Positions 29,803 through 39,220 of a stretch of DNA of 64,000 bases are shown one piece after another (within the stretch, counting starts at the first letter, position 1; every line of letters begins with the position of its first letter). The stretch is taken from positions 32,001 through 96,000 of IMG/VR virus record IMGVR_UViG_3300029319_007985. One strand, 5' to 3'. The notes under the pieces were generated by a model. The model made no database searches and was not told the DNA's origin. It was given only the letters and a program-made list of their open reading frames with translations. The position numbers and the translations under genes were made by a program. This DNA comes from a virus.

Positions 29803-31443
29803 ATGAAAAATTGGGCGTACTTTTTAATAGCAATTCTCTTTCTGACTGTGTCACCTGTGTCTGCTGAAGACGAAAACAAAGGTTGCAAGTGGGAAACTGT
29901 GGAAGAAACAGAACAGTTTATCAGGGAACAGTGTATTGGTGATGGGCAGTTGCAGGTTCGAATGAAGTCAAAACCTGTGCCAGGTGTCACTGTGATCGAA
30001 GCACCAAACACCAAAAAAAGTAATCCTTTAAAAGAGATCAAGGAAGTAGTAAAAAGCAAAGAAGCAAAAAAACAAGAAAAGAAAATTGAAAAGATTGAAC
30101 AGGCAGTAGAAGACACTGCTAAAAAAGTAGAAGAAGTCAAAAAAGAAACAGTAGTAAAAAAACAAGAGCCAAAAGTTGAAAAAGAAAAATCCAAAAAGTC
30201 AAATTGGAAGAGGCCCTACCAACTGCTACCAGAACTAATTTTAAACAATGAAAAAATTCAAGCGGCCGAACTAGATTATGATGCCGCCCTTGAAACACTA
30301 AAGTCTGAATACAGTGCGTACAAACCACAGGTCAGTGTCAGCATTGGACAGAACTGGGAGGACGATAGGACTCCTGCAAAGGGAACTTATCCCAACAACA
30401 CAATCACACATGACAGCAAAAACGGATTGACCAAGTCGATCACCATCACACAGATGTTGTGGGACGCAGGAAGAACTAGCAGTGTTGTTGACAAGGCCAA
30501 GCACACGGCACAACAGGCATACTTCAGGCTTGATCAGGCCAAAGAAGACCTAATGGTTGAAGCACTAAACGCCTGGATCAATTTAGGCAAAGCATACAAC
30601 AACTGGCAGAGCAACATGAAGGTCCAGAAAAATGCAATGACCACACTGAAGATGACCACCGAAAAAGTGAAAAAAGGTGAAGCATCCAAAATGGAACAGT
30701 TGCAGATTGAACAGCAGTTTAGAACATATCAAACTTTGACCATGACTAGCAAATTGGCCTATGACAGTGCGGTAGAAAGATTTAGAACAGTTTGGAAGTT
30801 TACGCCAAAAAATATTGATCAAATGCCAATGCCCGTATCGGATTTATTAGGTATGATTCCAGAGGCAGGCACCAACGTTAAGAACAACACCACAATAAAA
30901 ATTGCCAGCATGGATGTTAAAATTGCTGAACAACAGTTGAGGTTTGACAATGCTGATTTCAAACCAAGAGTTGATGGCAAATTGAGTTACACAGAAAAAG
31001 AGGGTGAACTTGGTGGCGGATTTGATAACGAACAAAAAGAAGAATGGCGGGCAGACATCACAATGACCTGGCAGGTGTTTGGTGGATTCAAAAAAACCCA
31101 CGTGTACAGAGCCGACAAGAGCAGATTAAAGGCCGCTGAAATAAGACTGACAGACACAGTAAACGCAACACAGGAGCAGTTCAATAATAGTTGGAACAAT
31201 TATGTTCTCGTAGAAAAAAATCTTAAAACACTGAAACGTACTGTCGAAATAAATCAAGAGATGTATAATCTCACATTGGCAGACTTCAAAGCAGGAAACA
31301 CACCTATCATGGCAGTGTTTGGCATGAAAACTTCATTGATCATGAGTGAGGTTGCATATCAAAATGCTCAGTTGGATTTGACTATAGCAAGATACCAATT
31401 ACACAAATTGTTAGGCATAGTTAATCCATTGTTCAAACAATAA
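29803..31443 (+). CDS. TolC-family outer membrane factor with K/E-rich N-terminal extension
   Basis: Signal peptide; two OEP repeats (YKPQVSV..QMLWDAG; FKPRVDG..WQVFGG; FKAG); ARYQLHKLLG ending. Confidence 0.88.
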   Translation: MKNWAYFLIAILFLTVSPVSAEDENKGCKWETVEETEQFIREQCIGDGQLQVRMKSKPVPGVTVIEAPNTKKSNPLKEIKEVVKSKEAKKQEKKIEKIEQAVEDTAKKVEEVKKETVVKKQEPKVEKEKSKKSNWKRPYQLLPELILNNEKIQAAELDYDAALETLKSEYSAYKPQVSVSIGQNWEDDRTPAKGTYPNNTITHDSKNGLTKSITITQMLWDAGRTSSVVDKAKHTAQQAYFRLDQAKEDLMVEALNAWINLGKAYNNWQSNMKVQKNAMTTLKMTTEKVKKGEASKMEQLQIEQQFRTYQTLTMTSKLAYDSAVERFRTVWKFTPKNIDQMPMPVSDLLGMIPEAGTNVKNNTTIKIASMDVKIAEQQLRFDNADFKPRVDGKLSYTEKEGELGGGFDNEQKEEWRADITMTWQVFGGFKKTHVYRADKSRLKAAEIRLTDTVNATQEQFNNSWNNYVLVEKNLKTLKRTVEINQEMYNLTLADFKAGNTPIMAVFGMKTSLIMSEVAYQNAQLDLTIARYQLHKLLGIVNPLFKQ

Positions 31444-31461
31444 TAGTTAAATACGCATATA

Positions 31462-32208
31462 ATGACAAGTCTTATTCGACAACTATTTCGAGATAAAACT
31501 GTGGCGGCCATGCTGTTGGTCAGCAGTTTTTTTATTGGTGTATGTGCATTGGCACCTTCGCTATTTGTTATAATAGTTTTAAACAAATTTTTGGCCAGTG
31601 GAGTCACAGCGACTCTAGTAAGTTTGGCATTTGGTGCTGTACTGCTTTTGGCCTTTGAACTGGCATTTAGACAGAACAGATCCACAATGATACAGGAGTT
31701 CAATCAAAAAGTATTTGATCCATTTATTAAAATGGTAAAAGACAGATTGTCCCTAAAACAGATCACAGGTGAACAGTTTAAAAAAGTTCAACAAAATGCC
31801 AATATAATAAAAGCCACAACTTCTCCGGGCATTACAGGTTGGGTCTTGGATTGGCCATTTGTGTTGATGTTTGCTGTGATACTTTTATTAATAAATTGGA
31901 CCGCGGCAGTTATAACAGTAATTTTTATGTTGATCACTTTAGCAGTCAACTTTTATCAAAGTAATCTAAACATCACGAACGACAGTAAAGCAAACTTGGA
32001 AATATTCATTATGGGACTTTTGACCATAACCATTATAAGTGTTGGTTCACTGCAGGTGATGGCTGGTAATCTAGACATAGGATTATTGATTGGTTCTAAC
32101 ATATTGGCGGCACGAGCAGTGCAAGGCACAAGCAAGTATGCTAAAGGAGTTGATGCTTTACGACAGAGAGAAAAAGCAGTAAGGGAGATTAATGAAGTCA
32201 TCAAGTAA
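31462..32208 (+). CDS. type I secretion ABC transporter transmembrane domain only (no ATPase domain)
   Basis: LALAPSLF.I.V.N, TL..L..G, LDWPF, GNLDIGLLIG..IL..RA typical of PrtD/LapB TMDs; ends at 248 aa with no Walker A/B. Confidence 0.8.
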   Translation: MTSLIRQLFRDKTVAAMLLVSSFFIGVCALAPSLFVIIVLNKFLASGVTATLVSLAFGAVLLLAFELAFRQNRSTMIQEFNQKVFDPFIKMVKDRLSLKQITGEQFKKVQQNANIIKATTSPGITGWVLDWPFVLMFAVILLLINWTAAVITVIFMLITLAVNFYQSNLNITNDSKANLEIFIMGLLTITIISVGSLQVMAGNLDIGLLIGSNILAARAVQGTSKYAKGVDALRQREKAVREINEVIK

Positions 32209-32890
32209 ATTTTTTCTATTATTAAGTAGTTTAATTATTGGCCTGTTTGTATGGTGTTATTTGGCCAAAGTTGACATAACTTTCCAAGCACCAGGACATA
32301 TCGAAACACAGAGCAATTCAACCACTATCGACACAATGGTGGATGGTCAGATAGAAAATGTATTAATAAGAGAAGGTGATATTGTTAAAGAAGGAGACAT
32401 AGTGGTTGTGATTAATCCAGGAGTTGGCTACGAAAAATATAATGTTGTTGCAAATATAAATGGAAGGGTGCAGAGTCTTAACTATAAAAATCCAGGTGCA
32501 GTTGTAGAAAAGGGCGAATCAATATTGACCATAGTGCCGGAAGATCAAAAAATGGTTGTTATGGGCAAACTGTCTGTATCTAATAGAGGTTACGTCAAAA
32601 TAGGAAACATAGCCAAAGTAAAATTGGCAAACCAGGATCAAATAAGATTTGGACCGATCACAGGAATAATTTCAAACATATCACCAGATGTGGTGTACAC
32701 CGACGCAGGAACCTATTACGCGATTGAAATTTTATTGGAATCACAACAATTTAGTAATGGTAAAGATAATTATTTGTTAGTACCAGGCATAATGGTGGAA
32801 GTTTACATTTTAACCGGAGAGAGAACAGTAATGAGTTACATCACAAGTCCTTTCCATAATAGCCTTGGACAGGCATTACAGGAGAGATAA
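32192..32890 (+). CDS. HlyD-family membrane fusion protein, shortened
   Basis: N-terminal TM, GQIENVLIREGDIVKEGD lipoyl half, ANINGRV, GAVV..GE.IL.IVP, G.ISNISPD, LVPG..V...I.TGERTVMSY..SP...ALQER. Confidence 0.85.
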   Translation: MKSSSKFFLLLSSLIIGLFVWCYLAKVDITFQAPGHIETQSNSTTIDTMVDGQIENVLIREGDIVKEGDIVVVINPGVGYEKYNVVANINGRVQSLNYKNPGAVVEKGESILTIVPEDQKMVVMGKLSVSNRGYVKIGNIAKVKLANQDQIRFGPITGIISNISPDVVYTDAGTYYAIEILLESQQFSNGKDNYLLVPGIMVEVYILTGERTVMSYITSPFHNSLGQALQER

Positions 32891-33018
32891 TGCTGACTTG
32901 GTTTTTAGCAGGAATTTTTATTGGATTGTGTATAAGATGTATATGCACTCCACATAAGAATGAAGAAGAAAAATTTAAAGATCCATGGAACTGGACTTCA
33001 TTTGGCGGAGGAGGCTAA
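32890..33018 (+). CDS. small membrane protein (42 aa, not in ORF track)
   Basis: MLTWFLAGIFIGLCIRCICTP...DPWNWTSFGGGG*; TAATG-coupled at both ends. Confidence 0.6.
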   Translation: MLTWFLAGIFIGLCIRCICTPHKNEEEKFKDPWNWTSFGGGG

Positions 33019-33239
33019 TGGATAAGAAACTATCCTATAAACAAAGATTTAAAAAGGCTTGTAACACAGATAACGTGATAGATTTCAGTGTTGACGTTGG
33101 TTTAATTGCCTTTGACGTACTAGCCTCACCAATACTAATCGTAGTGAGAATAGCAAGATTCTATATTAGGAAATTTGTTAACAATTATCTCAAACGTTTT
33201 TTAAAATGGTTTGTGCATAAAGTTTTAAGAATAAAATGA
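33018..33239 (+). CDS. small basic membrane-associated protein
   Basis: Start MDKKL after GGAGG; TAATG/ATGA coupling to neighbours. Confidence 0.6.
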   Translation: MDKKLSYKQRFKKACNTDNVIDFSVDVGLIAFDVLASPILIVVRIARFYIRKFVNNYLKRFLKWFVHKVLRIK

Positions 33240-35074
33240 GTAAAAAATTAACAAGTGTCTGGATGGTGGTAGCACTATCCTTGATCTTATTTTCTGCTAG
33301 ATTATTTGATACAAGTCCTGTTGAAACTTTAAGGTTAAAAACATTTGACTACTATCAAAAGATATCACCCAGAGACGTAACTACAAACTCTGTAGTCATA
33401 GTCGAGATTACGGAGCAAGATCTTAAAAAATACGGCCAATGGCCATGGCCAAGAAATTTAATTGGAAACTTACACAACAGGATATATCAGCACGGGGCAA
33501 AAGTAATCCAATACAATATAATATTCGCTGAAAAAGATAGGGCCGGCAAGGATGAACTTTTTGCACAAAAATTAGCCGGCACTAACACCGTGATGATGTA
33601 TAGTATAAAAGATTCTGCCACAGACGGACAGGTGGCAAAGGTTCCTATTGTAAAACAAGGTGAGCCTGACAAATTTTTGTATAGTTTCAAAGGAGTGGTA
33701 ACAAACATATCGGAACTATTAAGATTCGCTAACGGTGCCGGAGTTAATATTATGGTGCCTAATATAGATGGTACCATTAGGCAGATCCCTTTATTTGTAA
33801 ACACAGACATAGGCACAATACCAAATCAAGTTCTAGACACAATAAGAGTTTACAATAAAAATAACAAATATAAAATTGTTGCAGATAACAACGGTGTTAC
33901 TGAAATACTTCTAAGTAGAAACAAAAAGATCTACACTGATTCTAACGCAATGTTCAATATAAATTTTGCAGAAGCAATAACCATCACAAAATACAGTGTA
34001 ACCGATATTATCAAAAACAAAATTAACCTAGAAAACAAAATTGTTGTAGTTGGGTTGAATGCCGCGGGATTGAGTTATTTAAAAGATACTCCTCTAGGAC
34101 TCATGACCGACACACAAATTAGTGCCCAGGCTATAGAAACTGATCTTACAGACAGCCAACTTATAAGAAATGGTAATACCAATCTAATAGAAATAATAGC
34201 AGTTTTTGTCATTGGATTTTTACTGATAGCCTTAGTGCCCAGGTTTAATATTACCAGCACTGTGCTCGCTTATTTGACGCTTTTAACCGGCATAATTTCG
34301 TCGAGTTTGGTCGCCTATAACGGTTACAATTATATGCTAGACGCATCTTTTCCGGTCTTGTTTATTACCATCATTTGGGGCCATTTGGTATTCAATAGTT
34401 TTGCCAAGCAGTATAGATTAAGGCAACAAATAAAGAAACAGTTTGAACATTATCTTGATCCACGCATGGTCAAAAAATTACAGAAGGATCCTGGGTTATT
34501 GAAGTTGGGTGGAGAGACAAAAACCATGACATTTATGTTTTCAGACATCCGAGGGTTCACTCCTATATCAGAAAAATACAAGGGCAATCCACAAGGACTC
34601 ACACGTTTGATCAATAGGTTTTTGACACGTATGACCAACATTATAATCAAAAACGGTGGCACAGTTGACAAGTACATGGGCGATTGCATAATGGCATTTT
34701 GGAATGCTCCGTTGGATACGCCCAGACATGAAACTTTAGCCATCAAAACTGCATTGCAAATGCAGAAAGAACTTAAAAAATTAAACAGAGAACTTAAAAA
34801 GGAAAAACTTCCTCAAATCAATATTGGCATAGGAATAAACACAGGAGAAGCATTAGTTGGCAACATGGGCAGTGATCAGCGTTTTGATTATTCTGTTATA
34901 GGTGATGATGTCAACTTAGCAAGTAGATTAGAAAGCAGTTCAAAGGAACTACAGACAACTTTGGTAATTGGTGAGAAAACACGTATAAAATGTAAAAAAA
35001 TTAAGTTTACTTCGCTGGGTTCAATCAAAGTAAAAGGAAAAACTGAAGACATCAAAGTGTACACGGTTAAATAA
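33236..35074 (+). CDS. CHASE2-domain class III adenylate cyclase
   Basis: GQWPWPR CHASE2 motif, three TMs, FSDIRGFT, DKYMGDCIMAFW, DYSVIGDDVNLASRLE, VKGK. Confidence 0.93.
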   Translation: MSKKLTSVWMVVALSLILFSARLFDTSPVETLRLKTFDYYQKISPRDVTTNSVVIVEITEQDLKKYGQWPWPRNLIGNLHNRIYQHGAKVIQYNIIFAEKDRAGKDELFAQKLAGTNTVMMYSIKDSATDGQVAKVPIVKQGEPDKFLYSFKGVVTNISELLRFANGAGVNIMVPNIDGTIRQIPLFVNTDIGTIPNQVLDTIRVYNKNNKYKIVADNNGVTEILLSRNKKIYTDSNAMFNINFAEAITITKYSVTDIIKNKINLENKIVVVGLNAAGLSYLKDTPLGLMTDTQISAQAIETDLTDSQLIRNGNTNLIEIIAVFVIGFLLIALVPRFNITSTVLAYLTLLTGIISSSLVAYNGYNYMLDASFPVLFITIIWGHLVFNSFAKQYRLRQQIKKQFEHYLDPRMVKKLQKDPGLLKLGGETKTMTFMFSDIRGFTPISEKYKGNPQGLTRLINRFLTRMTNIIIKNGGTVDKYMGDCIMAFWNAPLDTPRHETLAIKTALQMQKELKKLNRELKKEKLPQINIGIGINTGEALVGNMGSDQRFDYSVIGDDVNLASRLESSSKELQTTLVIGEKTRIKCKKIKFTSLGSIKVKGKTEDIKVYTVK

Positions 35075-35081
35075 TATTACA

Positions 35082-35255
35082 ATGACAGGTTTAGAAGTAA
35101 TGACAATAGTATCAAAGGCATGGCCAATCTTCCTTGGCTTCATTCTTTTAATTGTAACTTTGGCGCAGGCCCACTACAGAATAAAGGTGCTTGAAGAAAA
35201 AGTTAAAGTTGCCTTTGACCTAATCAACAAATTGACAGACAAGTTTAGCAAATAA
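35082..35255 (+). CDS. small single-TM coiled-coil protein (57 aa, not in ORF track)
   Basis: WPIFLGFILLIVTLAQAHYRIKVLEEKVKVAFDL; TAAATA at 35068. Confidence 0.6.
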   Translation: MTGLEVMTIVSKAWPIFLGFILLIVTLAQAHYRIKVLEEKVKVAFDLINKLTDKFSK

Positions 35256-35316
35256 ATTTTACTTTAATCAAGAAGTAGTCGCTTAACTTAGCCTCCTAAC
35301 AGGTTAAGTATTTTAG

Positions 35317-35583
35317 ATGAATTATTTTTTGGTAGTAATAATGTGTATAGGATTGGATTGCACAACAGCATGGAACCCAACTCCCTACGACTCGAAGTTC
35401 GAATGTGAAATAAGTGCCAAAGAAACAGTGCAATCACTTTCAACAACTTTTCCAGACAGTGACGGAGAAGTCTACTGTCTTACCAAAGAAGAATACAGCA
35501 CTTGGAAAAAGGCCATAGATGCTGGAGTTATACCAAGACTAAACAAACATAGACTCAACCAACCACTAGAACAATCTATCTAG
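35317..35583 (+). CDS. hypothetical Cys-containing protein
   Basis: ORF with TAAGTA motif 6 nt upstream. Confidence 0.6.
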   Translation: MNYFLVVIMCIGLDCTTAWNPTPYDSKFECEISAKETVQSLSTTFPDSDGEVYCLTKEEYSTWKKAIDAGVIPRLNKHRLNQPLEQSI

Positions 35584-35586
35584 TAA

Positions 35587-35614
35587 TTGACAATTCTTTA
35601 AGATCTGTTATAAT
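35587..35614 (+). promoter_or_regulatory. sigma70-type promoter
   Basis: TTGACA-16 bp (ending TGT)-TATAAT, 6 nt before ATG 35621. Confidence 0.75.
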
Positions 35615-35620
35615 TTAAGC

Positions 35621-35932
35621 ATGTCTTCAAAGCGTTCTAGAACTGCGGTTAAAACACTCACTTGGCGTGTATTAGCAACAACTGACACGTTTCTTATCAG
35701 TTATTTTATTACTGGTAGATTCGATTTTGCCGGAGCCATTGCTGGTATTGAGGTGGCAACAAAAATGATTTTGTACTACCTGCATGAAAGAGCATGGAGC
35801 AGAATTAAATGGGGCAAACTAATAATAGATTTGCCTACTTCACCGTATCCTTTCGAAGACTGGAAAATAAAAAGGTTACGTAATTTTTTAGATAAAAAAG
35901 GAAACAAAAGATTGGCAAGGTTATTACAATGA
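35621..35932 (+). CDS. DUF2061-like membrane protein
   Basis: KTLTWRVLAT..T...YYLHERAW..I.WG. Confidence 0.8.
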   Translation: MSSKRSRTAVKTLTWRVLATTDTFLISYFITGRFDFAGAIAGIEVATKMILYYLHERAWSRIKWGKLIIDLPTSPYPFEDWKIKRLRNFLDKKGNKRLARLLQ

Positions 35933-36099
35933 CAAAATGTTGGGAATTTGATTTAGATCTTAAGACAAGAAAAATAAAAACATTCGTGTACAGTGACACA
36001 GGAACTGACATACAGGAAAGATTTACAAAAGGATATGAAGTGAGCAACATCAAAGAAATTGATGATCCGTTGTTAGAGAATAAAAAGGTCAAAAAATGA
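35929..36099 (+). CDS. small hypothetical protein (56 aa, not in ORF track)
   Basis: MTKCWEFDL...KKVKK*; ATGA-coupled at both ends. Confidence 0.55.
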   Translation: MTKCWEFDLDLKTRKIKTFVYSDTGTDIQERFTKGYEVSNIKEIDDPLLENKKVKK

Positions 36100-36620
36100 T
36101 CCACGCAATGATTGACTTGGAAACCTTGAGCACTAATCCAAATGCTGTGGTTTTGACCATTGGGGGTGTAAAGTTTGATCCAAAGTCTCAGATGAAACCT
36201 TATGATGAAATGTATTTTCGAGTGGACGTGGACTCACAAACTAAAATTGGCAGGGACGTCATGCAAGAAACACTAGATTGGTGGGCACAACAACCAAAAG
36301 AAATATCGGAAGAAGCGTTATCTGATAGTGACAGGATTGACGTCAATAAAATGCTTGACGCTATCAATAAATTCTCAGTAGGAGTAGACGTATTTTGGTG
36401 CCAAGGCCCTTTATTTGACTACGCGATTTTACAAGATTTATACAGGCAAATGGGCAGACCTGTGCCATGGCAATACTGGCAAATCAGAGATAGTAGAACA
36501 CTTTTCAGTTTGGTGCCTAAACAAAATGATAAAAGAACTGGACTACACAATGCATTGGAGGATTGTAAGTATCAAGCACAGAAAGTTCAGAAAGTCTATA
36601 GGCAACTAGGAATAAAATGA
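36096..36620 (+). CDS. DEDDh 3'-5' exonuclease (T4 DexA / Rv2179c-like)
   Basis: MIDLETL, WCQGPLFD, RDSRT, HNALEDC. Confidence 0.88.
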   Translation: MIHAMIDLETLSTNPNAVVLTIGGVKFDPKSQMKPYDEMYFRVDVDSQTKIGRDVMQETLDWWAQQPKEISEEALSDSDRIDVNKMLDAINKFSVGVDVFWCQGPLFDYAILQDLYRQMGRPVPWQYWQIRDSRTLFSLVPKQNDKRTGLHNALEDCKYQAQKVQKVYRQLGIK

Positions 36621-37258
36621 AGATCTGTATAATATTTGGACATCACAATACCAAGGACAGTTTCAACGCCGCGATAAGAGATACTTTTATAGAAGAAGCA
36701 GAAAAGTGCGGACATCAAATAGACTTAATAAATTTGTTTGAAGAAAAAGAACAATTACCCTTTTACAATTCAAATATAAATCCACCACCCGAACTTGTAT
36801 TGGATTATAGAAAAAGATTAGAAAACAGTGACGTGATGTTCCTAATTGGTTCGTGCCACAATTTAAGGATGCCAACCATACTAGAAAATTGGATCGACTG
36901 GGTATTACACCCGAAATGGTTTTTCAGTTATAGGGCATTAGTGCCTGGCAGTAAATATTTTAAGAACTATGGTTACCCTGTGCCAGGAGCAATGAACGGC
37001 AAACTGGGATTGATATCTATGACATATGGTGGACCTATGGTGACCTATTTTAATTTTAGTTTATTTGACAATATTCCTTACAGAAGAATAAAGAAAGCCG
37101 TGTTTAACTTGGGAGGCATGGTCACGAAGTACATAAGGTTTTATTCTGTTTTACCTGGCATGGATAAGAAAGAATTTGATAGTCATATGAATAGAGTAAG
37201 AAAACTTGCCAGAAGTTTAAATCCAAACAAGAAGAAAAAAATAAGTTGGTGGGCATGA
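36617..37258 (+). CDS. flavodoxin-fold NAD(P)H:quinone oxidoreductase
   Basis: IIFGH....SFN.AI, MPTILENWIDWV, SMTYGGP. Confidence 0.8.
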   Translation: MKICIIFGHHNTKDSFNAAIRDTFIEEAEKCGHQIDLINLFEEKEQLPFYNSNINPPPELVLDYRKRLENSDVMFLIGSCHNLRMPTILENWIDWVLHPKWFFSYRALVPGSKYFKNYGYPVPGAMNGKLGLISMTYGGPMVTYFNFSLFDNIPYRRIKKAVFNLGGMVTKYIRFYSVLPGMDKKEFDSHMNRVRKLARSLNPNKKKKISWWA

Positions 37259-37617
37259 TGAGTGACATCAAATATTATAGCATCGAAGATTTATATACCA
37301 TTAAAGATTATAAAATTAGGCATCGAAAGGATCCTGTCATCAAGTGGATAAAGTTACCTTGCGTCTACAAAATAACAATAGCAAACAAGGTGGTGCACGT
37401 TGGAAGATCAGACACTTGTAAAAAACATGGCGGTGCAGAGAAGGTGAGGAAAGCAATTGTTAATCTCTTAGACGTTAATCAACATAACCCTAGTGTGCCC
37501 AAAACCAAATATTGGACAGCAATTAGGTTGAAATTTCGTCCAAATTCAAATAATATTAAAATAGGAATAATAAAAACAAATGCAATCAATAAAACCTACT
37601 TACAAGAAGCCATTTGA
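37255..37617 (+). CDS. hypothetical protein, weak GIY-YIG-like motif
   Basis: CVYKI...VVHVGRS. Confidence 0.45.
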   Translation: MMSDIKYYSIEDLYTIKDYKIRHRKDPVIKWIKLPCVYKITIANKVVHVGRSDTCKKHGGAEKVRKAIVNLLDVNQHNPSVPKTKYWTAIRLKFRPNSNNIKIGIIKTNAINKTYLQEAI

Positions 37618-37987
37618 AGAGATTAAATCTTACGATGAATGCACGTGGTTAGGAAATGACAAACCGATTTATGAAAATAAATTTTGTGCTATTTTCAAGG
37701 ATAGGTACCCTGTAACGAAAGGACATCTACTATTTGTACCAAAAAAAAATGACGTACATGAAATTGGCGAAACCTATAAACTGGCGTACATATATGGCCA
37801 AAGGGGTATAGAAGACGGAACATGGACAGGATATAATTTAGGGCAGAATCTCGGAAGATCTGCAGGACAAAGCATATTTTGGCCACACATACATCTTATA
37901 CCTAGATTAGATGGCGACAGTGATCCAAATAAACACAATGGTGTAAGACTAGCACATCCGTCAGGTGATCACACTAACTATTACTGA
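37580..37987 (+). CDS. HIT family nucleotide hydrolase
   Basis: DRYPVTKGHLLFVPK, SAGQSI, HIHLIPR. Confidence 0.9.
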   Translation: MQSIKPTYKKPFEEIKSYDECTWLGNDKPIYENKFCAIFKDRYPVTKGHLLFVPKKNDVHEIGETYKLAYIYGQRGIEDGTWTGYNLGQNLGRSAGQSIFWPHIHLIPRLDGDSDPNKHNGVRLAHPSGDHTNYY

Positions 37988-38265
37988 TGCCAAAGAAAAA
38001 AAGAAAGTTAAAGAAACCTCGCCTGTATTCAGAAGGCAAAATTTATGTTAGTCCCGATGGCGGAGAAACTGTCTATGAACAAAAAAGAGATGGTTCAAGA
38101 GGACCTTTGATAGAAAAAAGTGAATTGGCAAAAGATGTTGAGACTGCTCAGTCGGAGATGGAGATGCATGGTGTTTATGCAATTCAACTTAGAAAGAAAG
38201 TCCCTGCATTAAAAAAAGCCTGGGACAAGTATAAATTAATTTGGAATATGGTGCACAATGACTAA
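37987..38265 (+). CDS. hypothetical phage protein
   Basis: IYVSPDGGETVY motif; coupled ORF. Confidence 0.65.
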   Translation: MPKKKRKLKKPRLYSEGKIYVSPDGGETVYEQKRDGSRGPLIEKSELAKDVETAQSEMEMHGVYAIQLRKKVPALKKAWDKYKLIWNMVHND

Positions 38266-38899
38266 GTTTGTTTCTATTATAGGAAACGGTGAAAGTAGAT
38301 TGGGTTTCGATCTTACTCCACTTAAAAGTTTTTCGACAGTTGTCGGCTGTAATGCACAGTTTAGAGATTACAATTTTGATTATTTTGTTTGTGCGGATAG
38401 GCATATGTGTCAGGAGGCAGTCAACGCGGTTGGAAAGAACACCACAATATACACTAGAGATAAATGGCACAAGCAGTTTGCGATGTGGCCAAATGTGAAG
38501 CCTTTACCAACTTTGCCTTACGAAGGTGATAAAAGACAAGATGAACCATTCCACTGGGGTACCGGACCATATGCTGGTGTTGTGGCGGCTTCTTTCAAAC
38601 CAAAAGCAGTATTCATGCTAGGTTTTGATCTGTATCCTTTGCCTGGAGCGGATAAAAACAAAGATAATAACATTTATAGGAACTCTAAAGGATACACATA
38701 TATTAAAAGGCCAGTTGATCCAAGATATTGGATACACCAATTTGGAAAATTATTTGAACATGTTAGTTGTAGATGGGTCATCGTCAATCAAAAAGATTGG
38801 AAAATGCCCGATGAATGGAGTAAGCATAAAAATGTTTTTCAAGAAAGTTATGAAGGAATGGCAAAATTTATACAAAAACAGTTGACAAAATCTAAATAA
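38258..38899 (+). CDS. GNGxS-motif protein (MptE/Maf/sialyltransferase-like Rossmann fold)
   Basis: IIGNGESR, VGCNA, MLGFD; paralog at 45537. Confidence 0.55.
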   Translation: MTKFVSIIGNGESRLGFDLTPLKSFSTVVGCNAQFRDYNFDYFVCADRHMCQEAVNAVGKNTTIYTRDKWHKQFAMWPNVKPLPTLPYEGDKRQDEPFHWGTGPYAGVVAASFKPKAVFMLGFDLYPLPGADKNKDNNIYRNSKGYTYIKRPVDPRYWIHQFGKLFEHVSCRWVIVNQKDWKMPDEWSKHKNVFQESYEGMAKFIQKQLTKSK

Positions 38900-38914
38900 C
38901 TGCTATAGTAACTT

Positions 38915-39220
38915 ATGTTTGAAAATATAAAAGAAAATGAAATAATTGCACTAAAATTTTCCACAGGAGAAGAAGTGTTGGCCACGTTTAAAAGAGAAGA
39001 CAACATGACGATTTCAATCGTGAAAGGCCTTGTTTTGATGCAAGGTCCACAGGGTATAGCACTTGGAACCTTTTTTAGTACAGCAGATCCCGAAAAAGAA
39101 ATAGCATTGAACAGAAATTTAATACTCAGTGCCGCGGAACTTAATCCTAAACTTAAAGACCAATACAATAATGTTTTTAGTAAAATAAAAACACAACCTA
39201 AACCATCAATTATTACATGA
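38915..39220 (+). CDS. hypothetical phage protein (Sm-like fold candidate)
   Basis: LKFSTGEEVLA pattern; TTGACA-16-TATAGT promoter at 38882-38909. Confidence 0.6.
   Translation: MFENIKENEIIALKFSTGEEVLATFKREDNMTISIVKGLVLMQGPQGIALGTFFSTADPEKEIALNRNLILSAAELNPKLKDQYNNVFSKIKTQPKPSIIT

Noticed and set aside
32208-33239. Frameshifted or missed ABC ATPase domain after the TMD
   Set aside because: No Walker A, LSGGQ or Walker B recognisable; the space is occupied by HlyD and two coupled small ORFs
35256-35316. Possible small RNA with CTTAAC/GTTAAG hairpin and CCTCCT anti-SD-like tract
   Set aside because: Short AT-rich stem overlapping the TAAGTA motif; no other support
37255-37617. Mobile GIY-YIG homing endonuclease
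   Set aside because: Motif is degenerate, the protein is short, and it interrupts no gene
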